In this document: piece by piece, positions 39,265-64,000 of the stretch
Layout of the letters: every line of letters begins with the position of its first letter
Numbering within the stretch: the first letter of the stretch is position 1
NCBI RefSeq assembly: GCF_018350175.1
Contig: NC_058369.1
Span: 11,596,001 to 11,660,000, forward strand
Direction: 5' to 3'
Length of the DNA stretch: 64,000 bases
Origin: Felis catus
Taxonomy: Eukaryota
Made by a program: the position numbers and the translations under genes
Notes under the pieces: generated by a model
Seen by the model: the letters and a program-made list of their open reading frames with translations, nothing else
What the model was told of the DNA's origin: nothing
Database searches by the model: none

Positions 39265-40289
39265 CCCGCCAGCTCCCCCTGGCTTGGGATCCACCCCGAC
39301 CCTACAGACGCCCCCTGGCGGATTCCCAGGACTAGAACTGTGTGGTCTCCTCTGCCGGGGAGCCACTGACAGCCAGCAGGGGGCGCTCGGGACCTGCGGG
39401 AACTCAGTGGGAGGGCGGGGGCGAGGGGTGGGGTGGAGGGGAGGCTGGTGTGTGAGCACAAGACCCTGGCAGCCTTTCCAGGTGACCACGGCCCCCCCAC
39501 TCCCCCCGCCATGCTGATTGCGGGTTCTCCCACAGCCCAATAAGGGCTTATATCCTGTAGGCAATAGGGTGCCATGGGAGGTGTTTGAGTAGGAGAGGGA
39601 CCACCGTTAAACACTGACTGAGGGGCATGTTTGAAGCTCAGGGTCACAGTGGAGAACCCATAGTGGCACTACTCTCTGGCCACTCTGACCTCTGTTCTTA
39701 TCTAATATACCCAAACTTTTCTTACCCCAGAAACCTTCACTATGTTTCCATGGTCACTATGTTCACTGAAACAAACATAGATGCTTTCTCCTGTGTGTCT
39801 GATCATTGCAATCATTGTATCCGTTATGTGGTCTGTTGTTTTTGCTAATTCTCACTGGTAGGGTTAGTGGTCTCGTGTGCCTGTTTATCGTTGCTTGAGT
39901 ATCCGTTATCATATTTGAAATAACATGTGTGGAATTTGGAGAAGGTAGCTTTCTCTAGGAGGCATTCTTCGAGCCTTGCTGGTCAAGGATGATGTTAAAT
40001 GGAGTTCAAGGCTTGTGGTGCCAAGATCACCAAGACAGTTTAAATTCCAGCAGAGGTCACACTTGCAGTCCCCTCTACCGGTGTCTTCTCCCCCTGAGCA
40101 GTGTAGTTCCTTGAGGCTTCCACCTATGAAAGGAGGATCTTCTTACAACTTTTCTTTCCCATGTCACTCTAGGCTTTGATTTTTCTCCCCTGGCCGTGAG
40201 GCCGTCAAAACAGTTTCACACTTCCCTGACTGGCTCCAGCGCAAAGTATAATTCATGCTCCTTTAACTCCAGGTTTCTTTTTGCTTTTC

Positions 40290-40318
40290 TTTTTTTTAAT
40301 GTTTATTTATTTTTGACC

Positions 40319-40350
<32 letters not shown>

Positions 40351-40966
40351 CAGAGCATGAGTGGGGGAGGGTCAGACAGAGGGGGAGACACAGAATCTGA
40401 AACAGGCTCCAGGCTCTGAGCTGTCAGCACAGAGCCTGATGCGGGGCTTGAACTCACAGACCATGAGATCATGACCTGAGCCAAAGTCAGATGCTCAACT
40501 GACTGAGCCACCCAGGAGCCCGCAGGCTTCTTTTTTCATTTGAGTGGCATCTTTGTTACAAATTTTTCCCACATTTATTCATTGTTGAGAGACAGAGAGA
40601 GACAGAGCACAAGCGGGGGACGGGCAGAGAAAGAGGGAGACAGAATCGGAAGCAGGCTCCAGGCTCTGAGCTGTCAGCAGAGCCCGATGCAGGGCTTGAA
40701 CTCACAAGCTGTGAGATCATGACCTGAGCCGAAGTCGGACGCCCAACTGACTGAGCCACCCAGGTGTCCTTTGAGTGTCATCTTTGTAATTCTTTACTGT
40801 CTTTTCAGGTCATTTATGCATTTAAGAAATTGGAAAAGGGGGCACCTGGGTGGCTCAGTTGGTTAGGCGTCCGACTCTTGGTTTTGGCTCAGGTTGTGGT
40901 CTCACAGTTTTGTGGGTTTGAGGGTTGCATGGGGCTCTGTGCTGGCAACGTGGAGCCTGCTTGGGA

Positions 40967-41000
<34 letters not shown>

Positions 41001-41060
41001 GCCCGTCCCCCACGCACTGTCTCTGTCTCTCTCAAATAAATCAGTAAACTTAAAAAAAAG
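40290..41060. mobile_element. SINEC cluster (- 40290-40520, - 40570-40768, + 40838-41060)
   Basis: Three SINE structures. Confidence 0.85.
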
Positions 41061-41225
41061 TAATTGGAAAAGTATCCAGCTGTGAGAGTTGTGTTTTTTA
41101 TTTTTTTTATTTTTATTTTTATTTTTTTTAAACAAGACAAAGTGTTTCAACGTTTATTTATTTTGGGACAGAGAGAGACAGAGCATGAACGGGTGAGGGG
41201 CAGAGAGAGAGGGAGACACAGATTC

Positions 41226-41262
41226 GGATGTCCGTTGATGGATGAATGGATAGGGAAGATAT

Positions 41263-41312
<50 letters not shown>

Positions 41313-41720
41313 ATGGAGTATTACTCAGCAATCAAAAAGAATGAAATCTTGCCATTTGCAACTACGTGGATGGAACTGGAGGGTATTATGCTAAGTGAAA
41401 TTAATCAGTCGGACAAAGACAAATATCATATGACTTCACTCATATGAGGACTTTAAGAAACAAAACAGGTGAACATAACAGAGGGGAAACAAAAATAATA
41501 TAAAAACAGGGAGGGGGACAAAACAGAAGAGACTCTTAAATAGGGAGAACAAACTGAGGGTTACTAGAGGGGTTGTGGGTGGGGGGATGGGCTAAACGGG
41601 TAAGGGGCACTAAGGAATCTACTCCTGAAATCATTGTCGCACCATATGCGAACTAATTTGGACGAAAATTATAAAGATGAAAATAAAGAATGTTTAAATC
41701 AAAAGAAAAAGAAAAAAAGG
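41226..41720 (+). mobile_element. Carnivore L1 3' fragment (ORF2 end and 3' UTR)
   Basis: aaaagaatgaaatcttgccatttgcaactacgtggatggaactggagggtattatgctaagtgaa (KNEILPFATTWMELEGIMLSE). Confidence 0.9.
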
Positions 41721-41805
41721 AAGATACAGTTAGTTCTGAATATCCATAGTTGTTACCTCTGAGTAATTCAAGGGCCTTTGATGCCAAGCTGGCCTTCAAG
41801 CTAGG

Positions 41806-41836
<31 letters not shown>

Positions 41837-42730
41837 CCCTGATGCAGGGCTTGAACTCACAGACCGTGAGATCATGACCTGAGCAAAGTCGGACATTGAA
41901 CCGACTGAGCCACCCAGGTGCCCCCTACAGTCCTCTTAAAATATAAAAACACCTCTTAGCTTATAGACCATACGAAAACAGGCCACAGGCCAGATTGGTC
42001 CATGGACCATAGTTTTCTAATCCCTGGAATATAGAAGTAGAATTTCTATGTTCTATATTCTAGGTAGCATATCTTCTGTATACATTTTTGTCTATTGATC
42101 TTGTATCCTGAACTCTATTAGGTAATTCCCATTGGAACACAGAAAATGTGGTTGTTTCCTCAGTCTTAAAAAGTCCCTTCCCTTGACCCACTTTCCCACT
42201 GATGAACCATTTCTTCCCTCCACCATGAGCTAACTCCTCCAAAGAGTGAGCTCTACTTGTGTTCAATGTCTCCTCTTGCACTACAAACAGGCTTTGAGTT
42301 TCTGGTAAGGACTGTGATGGTGAATTAATGAGAGAGGGAGGAGAAGAGGCATGAAGCTCATCGATCCCAGGACTCTGCTGCACCTGCGTGTATTGATTCT
42401 AAAGGACAGGAGCCTGCTGTCACTCACTGCTGTGGGTCTCTTTCCTTTCTTGGGTGTGTGGCCAGCACCCATGCTGCTAGAAATTTTGGAGACAACAGGC
42501 TCTGGCCTGGCCTCTGGTCTCCATTAATTCAACATGTGTGTGAGTGTGTCTGTGTCTAAGTGTATGTGTGACTGTGTGTGCGTTCGTGCTACTGTGTGTA
42601 TGTGAGTGTATCCACGTAATTGGGTGCATGGATGGGAGCATGTGTGTAAATCTGTGTGCATGTGTGTTTGTGTGTGCACGGTGAGTGTGCATGTGTAATC
42701 GTGCCACTGTGTGCACGCGTGGATGCATTG

Positions 42731-42765
<35 letters not shown>

Positions 42766-44789
42766 TGTGTGTTTAAGGGTGTGACTGTGTATCTTGAAGT
42801 CGCTAAACCCTGTAATGGGCAGGGACCTTAAGTGGTTAAATAAGGGTGACTGGAAGACGGAGCCCTTTACAAAGCTATGGGCAGGGCCAAGGGAAACCAT
42901 GGAGGCTAGTGCAGCGCCCTGGGGCTAGCATCAGCTGAGATCCGCCACCACTGCCAGGTTGATGGGCCCAAAGAGTAGCTATTTCTGGATTCCAGAGAGC
43001 TTAACTGTCACAGAGAGTGGAGGTAGCCTTCGGCAGAGAATGGACGCCATTTCTCTAATCTCCTCGGATTGCCTGCAGGTGCCCACCACTGACCCAACGC
43101 CATATTCTCATTTGACCCCAAGAGGCTGTAGGGAGGTGGCCAAAGATTCCTGTGGTAGCCCAGTGTCTTGAGCTGGGTTGGTGTCCACTCCACATGTCTC
43201 CGCAGAGGGGGGTTCAACAGTTCCTCTGCACCAGGGTGGCTCCCTTGTCTGCTGGCTAAGCAGACATCAGAATGGGAGGGGGGCAAAGTCCTGCCTGTTC
43301 CCTTGCACGCCCTTCTGGTTTTGTTTTTGTTTTTCTGTGATGTCCTTGGGGCCCCCCTCCTTGGCTTTTGCATGAGAAATAGCCTTTTACCCTCCAGGGA
43401 TGATCTCTGTTGATGGCGACCCCCACTGATGGAGTGGTGGGGGTGGTCTGACTACTTTCCAGAGCTGGCACCACCCCAAAAGTCCTGTGCAGGGGAAGTT
43501 GATGCAGCTATTTGGGGGCCCCAGGACTTTCCTGAAGTTTCCCTTCAGCCTTCTTTTTCCAAAGCCAGCTTCTTTGCTCTCCTGGTCCTTCTGCCAAGAA
43601 GCTGGAAACTCCAGCTTATGGGTCTGGCCCTTGACATGCTTTGGGGGCTGGTTGAGTTTCCTGATCTTTATTATGGCGACTGAAATGGAACAACCGTTTC
43701 CAGCTTGAGTGTTGGGCCACATTTCACCACCGTGGATCTCCCTACAGGGCTGGTTCCTGCTTCCCTCCCGGATGGATACTGAGGGAAATTGCCTCTATTG
43801 TCTTTGTTTACCTCAGCATGTCTGAGGAAGGAAGAAGGAATGACAGAGTTTTCAAGCCATTTGATTACCTCACTGTGTGCCGGGTGTTTACAGTCCTGCT
43901 GTGGCTTTAGGGGCAAAGAGCGATCGTTATTCACTGTTCACTCTTCCATGTCACTCAAGTTTCTGCTCAGAGGTCAACTCCACAGGGCAGCCCTCCCCGA
44001 TGGCCTCCTTGCTCACTTGCTGGTTCTCATTCTGTTAATTTCCTTCATTACCACCCCACCATCTGACTTGGTCTTGTTTCCCATCAGCTTCTCCCATCAG
44101 ACATGAGCACCACCATCCGGAGACCTTATCTGTTTTGTTCATCCTGGGTCTCGGGTTCAAGCACCATGTCTGGCATAGAGTCTCTGGTACAGTTTTGTTG
44201 TTGTTGTTGTTGAAGAACAAACTACCTGGGAGGTGTAAGTCCCCCTTTCCATCTTACTGAGGAGGGCATGAGGCACGGAGAGGACAAGTGATTTGTCCAC
44301 GGTCACACAGCCAGCGAGGAGCAGGGCTGGGATCCGAGCTCTGTTGGGCTGAATCCGGAACCTGTTCCTTCCCAAAGGCCGAGGAAAGGAAAAGAGAGAC
44401 TCCAGCCACCAGGCAGCCTCCCTGCTTGGTGTAGAGGGACCCCAGGCTGACTCCTGGGAGAGGTGTCTTCATGGTGTCACAAAAGACGAACTGCTCACCT
44501 GTTCAGTGCACCAACCATGGGCCCCTTCCCCCACTGTGACAATCCTTGTTTCCTCTGAAATTTGTGTTTGCGTGATAAAAATTATAGCAGCACAGTGTGG
44601 GAGAGAGAAAGCGTGAGACAAGTAGCACGTGAGAAGAATCAAGACTCCACTTGTACTCTCTCCACTTCCACTGTGATGTGTGGATTCTTCTGGAATATTC
44701 TCAGTGCATATGCAAACGTGCACACACACACAGATCCACACACATATTCAGAAGCTTTAGCCGTTGACGAGCTCATTACTCATACGCCA

Positions 44790-45275
44790 ATTTTTTCATT
44801 GAGGTATGATCGGCATATAACATTATATTAGTTTCAGGTGCACAGCATGATCCCACATGTGTATATATTGCAAAACGATCACCGCGAAAAGTCTAGTGAA
44901 CACCCATCTCCACACGTAGCTATAGACTGTTCTTTGTCTCGTGATGAGAGCTTTTAAGACCTACTCTCTTTGCAACTTTCAAATATACAATACAGTGTTA
45001 TTAACTATGGTCACCATGCTTTGCATTGCATCCCTAGGACTGATTTATTTTATAACTAGAAATTGTACCTTTTGACCTCCTTCACCCATTGCACCCATTG
45101 CCTACACCCTTCTGGCCACCAGCAGTGTGTTCTCCATTTCTATGAGTTCATTTTTTTAAAGAATACATATAAGTGAGATCATATGGTACTGTTTTTCTCT
45201 GTTTGGTTTATTTCACTTAACAAATGCCCTCAAGGTCCATCCGTCCTGCCATGTAGTCACAAAGGGAAACATTTC
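44790..45275 (-). mobile_element. Old L1 (L1MA/MB-like) 3' end upstream of copy B
   Basis: gcaactttcaaatatacaatacagtgttattaactatggtcaccatgct...ataagtgagatcatatggta motifs. Confidence 0.75.
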
Positions 45276-47788
45276 CTTCACATGTCACTTTGAAAGGTCC
45301 TTTCCCCTTCTCTCCCTGATGGGGTCTGATAGAATGCTTGCATTGCCCTGTGAGGTTGTACCAAGCTCACTTTACGGACATGAAGATGGAGGCTCAGAGG
45401 GGTGATAGGCTGTGCCCAAAGCTGGTGACTCACAGAGTGACTGCCACCTCTCGTCTGACACACACTTGTCCACTTCCCGGCTCTGGGTGTGGATGGGGGT
45501 TGACGTCTGGGGGCGGGGGTCAACCTCTGCCTTTCTGTGTGTGGCTGGGGGCCATTGCATAAGCCAGGCTTGTGTCATTTGGCAGCTGAGACATTCCTTG
45601 TTGGATGAGAAACCACTGGGGACGCTCTGATCCTTCTCTGGCTCAGAGCAGAATGTCCACACCTGAGGCTTCCTGCCTCAAGAGTCAGGGGGAGCCCCGG
45701 TCCAACAGACTCTGCCTTCTTGATCACTGGGGGTTGTGGGTTGTGGGATGGGGGCTGACCTCTGGGGGGGTCAACCTCTGCGTTTCTGTGTGTGGCTCGG
45801 GGCCATTGCCCAGAGGCCCTGTGTGGTTTTAGTCCTTGTGATGGCTCATCAAAGTTCAACACGTACTTATAGCTTCCGTATGGGGCCGGATTTTGCCAGC
45901 TGCCTTGGCCTTGGTCACTTGTGTGATCTTGCATGTGTGTGCTCTTAGCCCCCGTGTCAAAAGAACAACAAGCCACCTGCCTTTTTGTGCAGCATGGGTT
46001 TCCCGCCCCACGCTTGCCCCTGGTGACTCTCCCTCTTCCTCCAGGTCTCTGCTCGCCCTGATGCCATGCTGAAAGTGGGACCCTCCCCTGGCACTTCCCT
46101 TATCATGGTCTGTTATGTTCTTGATCATTTACTGGATCACCGCCCATCTCCCCACCGGATGCAAGGTCCTTGACAGTGGAGTCTGTGTTCACTGCTGCAT
46201 CCCCGGTGCCTAAAATTGTGTGCCCCCCATACAACAGATGGTCAGTAGACACGTGGTTGTGTGAACAACCCCTGGAGATTTAGATTTTTTTTCTCCTTAC
46301 GTTCTGACTGAAACAAAACAAGATAAAACTGGGAATCCGAGAAGTGAAGCCTTTCCCCTCCCCACTTTCTCTGCAGAACCTGGACTCAGAGGTCTTAAAG
46401 CAACATTTCTTAAAGCTTGAAGGCATGTATACTTTTCCTGAGGATCTACTTAGACGCAGTTTGGTGTCAGTATTTCTGGGCCAAGGTGCGAGATGCTGTA
46501 TCTCCCGCAAGCTCTCAGGTGATGCCTAGGGTGGAGGTCTGAAGACCACACTGAGTAACTGATCCTTAGAACGCATGGCTGCAAACCTTTCTTTCATCCC
46601 CAGATATTTAACGAGCACGTACTATGTTCTAGGCTCTGCTGCCGTCTGTGCTGTCATATTCACCTCATTAGCTGTGGGGCTGTAGCAAGTTGCCTCACCT
46701 GTCTCAATCTCTGGTTCCTCCTCTGTCAAAACGGGCTCGTGAATTGTGGGGCTGTTGGATAATTGCACCACCACAACAGCAGCGAGAACAGTGACTGGCA
46801 TGTATTAAGCCCGCCCTTCTTGTGTCCTATGTGTTTTACGTGCGTCGGCTTTTAAAATTATTCCTGCTATCTTAGGAGGTGGCGCTAGCGAAATGCCCTC
46901 TGCAGAGGGGAAGGAGCATGGCTGCGTGGGTCAGGGCGCCTAGTGGGAAGTGAGGGCTGCCCCGGTGCCCAGGCTGGCTCCACCGGCTGTGTGACTTGGG
47001 TTTACTTTACGTGTATGCTGGCACAGAGCAGCACACACACTAGTCAGGAGCTCTTTCTTGGCAACTTATCTTTTTGGGGGTCCCTGATCTTTCCTACCTT
47101 CCTGTGGAACCGTCTTCTGTCCCCCTCTCAGGCCCTCATCTGACATCCCATTTCCCAGATGGCAATACTGAGCCTAGAGAAGGCCGGCACAGCCCAAGGT
47201 CACAGCCAGGAGGGTGCTGAACTGCGTGCAGGGTCTCCCAGCTCTGTCTGGGCCCCCCTCCCTCTCTTGGCCTCCTGCAGCCTTACCCCCTCACCTCCAG
47301 GTGCCTTCTTCCCACTGGGCCCTTTACCCCCTGAGTCTGATGCAAGTAACCCCCAGCCAGAAGGGCTTTTTGTTCCTGCCCCCTGCGGTCTTGTGTCAGC
47401 CCAGGCCCTAGGCGGCTTGGAGGCAGGACTTGAACTCCTGCCAGGCTGTGCAGCCAGGAGGCCCCAAGCTTCCTGATTCTGCTCTGGGAAATGGTGCATG
47501 ACTCTGACCTGCCACATAAGTGGAGAGGAGCCCCAGAGATGTTTTGGGACTAGGATTGGCTGGACCCTGCCCCATGGCACCTGAACTCTCACTTTCAAGC
47601 TTTTCCCTGCTGTCCCCTGCTGGCCTTGAAAGGGCAGGGGTGGCTATTAACTTGGGGCCCAAGAGTCACTTTGCCCATCCCTCACCGGATTCCCCACCCC
47701 CACATGGGAGGTGCTGAGTTCTGAGGATCCAATCCCATACTCTATAACACGGAAGTCCCCTTCCCCCACCTACTAGTTGGGCCACTGC

Positions 47789-47934
47789 CAGGTGGGGAGG
47801 AGGTAAGCAGGCAGGCAGGGATTGGCTGGTTTAGCCTGGCCACTGCCAGTGTCCCCTAGGTCAGGCACCAGGGACAAAGACTTTCCAAGAGGAGGGGAGA
47901 GGAGGCTGTGTGGATAAGCTGCTGTGGTCTGAAG
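47789..47934 (+). promoter_or_regulatory. Copy B putative proximal promoter and non-coding exon 1 (about 47888-47934)
   Basis: CAGGTG 47789, ATTGG 47821, AGGTCA 47858, GGGACAAAGACT 47871. GGAGAGGAGGCTGTGTGGATAAGCTGCTGTGGTCTGAAG|gtacct resembles the human CYP4F3 leader exon as I recall it. Confidence 0.6.
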
Positions 47935-48300
47935 GTACCTGGCTGGGGGTCTTGATCCTGGGTAGCAAAGGATGCTGCCCAAGGGTGGGGTGACTCCAGA
48001 GAGCCGCTGGGAGCAGAGTGGCTATTGGTGGGTGGTTAGCTATCTCTCTGTGTCTCTGTCCTTCTTTTTCTCCCTCTCACTCACTCTGCCTCTCCCTCTG
48101 GAATTGTCTAGGTCCTCCTCCCCTCTCTGAATCACCATTTGCCCAGTGCTGAGCACTCACCATGCCTACCCCTGTCTGTCCCTGCCCCTCCCATTCCGGT
48201 GTGGGGGAGGGGCTCTCCCTCTATTCCTGAAGAGTCCAGAGAGCTCACCCTTGGGCCCATTTCCTCGGCCTCAGGAAAATCTGTCCCCTCTGCCTCCAGG

Positions 48301-62787
<14,487 letters not shown>

Positions 62788-63811
62788 CCCGCCAGCTCCC
62801 CCTGGCTTGGGATCCACCCCGACCCTACACACGCCCCCTGGCGGATTCCCAGGACTAGAACTGTGTGGTCTCCTCTGCCGGGGCGCCACTGACAGCCAGC
62901 AGGGGGCGCTCGGGACCTGCGGGAACGCAGTGGGAGGGCGAGGGCGAGGGGTGGGGTGGAGGGGAGGCTGGTGTGTGAGCACAAGACCCTGGCAGCCTTT
63001 CCAGCTGACCACGGCTCCCCCACTCCCCCCGCCATGCTGATTGCGGGTTCTCCCACAGCCCAATAAGGGCTTTTATCCTGTAGGCAATAGGGTGCCATGG
63101 GAGGTGTTTGAGTAGGAGAGGGACCACCGTTAAACACTGACTGAGGGGCATGTTTGAAGCTCAGGGTCACAGTGGAGAACCCATAGTGGCACTACTCTCT
63201 GGCCACTCTGATCTCTGTTCCTATCTAAGATACCCAAACTTTTCTTACCCCAGAATTCTTCACTATGTTTCCATGGTCACTATGTTCACTGAAACAAACA
63301 TAGATGCTTTCTCCTGTGTGTCTGATCATTGCAATCATTGTATCCGTTATGTGGTCTGTTGTTTTTGCTAATTTTCACTGGTAGGGTTAGTGGTCTCGTG
63401 TGCCTGTTTATCTTTGCTTGAGTATCCGTTATCATATTTGAAATAACATGTGTAGAATTTGGAGAAGGTAGCTTTCTCTAGGAGGCATTCTTCAAGCCTT
63501 GCTGGTCAAGGATGATGTTCAATGGAGTTCAAGGCTTGTGGTGCCAAGATCACTAAGGCAGTTTAAATTCCAGCAGAGGTCACACTTGCAGTCCCCTCTG
63601 CCGGTGTCTTCTCCCCCTGAGCAGTGTAGCTCCTGGAGGCTTCCACCTATGTAAGGAGGACCTTCTTACAACTTTTCTTTCCCATGTCACTCTAGGCTTT
63701 GATTTTTCTCCCCTGGCCGTGAGGCCGTCAAAAGAGTTTCACATTTCCCTGACTGGCTCCAGCGCAAAAGCATAATTCATGCTCCTTAACTCCAGGTTTC
63801 TTTTTGCTTTT

Positions 63812-64000
63812 CTTTTTTTAAATATTTATTTATTTTTGACAGAGAGAGAGAGAGAGAGAGAGCATGAGCGGGGGAGGGTCAGACAGAGGGGGAGACACAG
63901 AATCTGAAACAGGCTCCAGGCTCTGAGCTGTCAGCACAGAGCCTGATGCGGGGCTCGAACTCACAGATCGTGAGATCATGACCTGAGCCAAAGTCAGATG
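63812..64000 (-). mobile_element. SINEC (paralogue of 40290-40520), cut by window end
   Basis: Reverse SINE. Confidence 0.85.

Overview
Mammalian genomic DNA, almost certainly felid (abundant SINEC_Fc-type tRNA-derived SINEs and cat-type L1 3' ends), covering part of the CYP4F cytochrome P450 cluster, all on the + strand. It holds the last ten coding exons and 3' UTR of CYP4F22 (1718-10798), then two complete, frame-intact CYP4F paralogues in tandem: copy A (22872-39264, 524 aa) and copy B (48301-62787, 522 aa). All exons were assembled by hand from GT-AG boundaries. Main observations: (1) both paralogues carry a decayed, stop-containing copy of the CYP4F3B/liver-type alternative exon upstream of the functional CYP4F3A-like exon; (2) the copies are near-identical over most introns, yet their amino-acid differences concentrate in substrate-recognition regions (8 replacements in one 54-nt exon, 4 consecutive replacements in SRS-5); (3) both have Gly rather than the heme-linking Glu in the I-helix; (4) homology between the copies is a mosaic of old and recent blocks, suggesting an ancient duplication overwritten by gene conversion, with divergent promoters. 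Smaller findings include a twin-primed L1, a probable L1 3' transduction and copy-specific SINEs. Comparisons with human and rodent sequences are from memory; no search was run.
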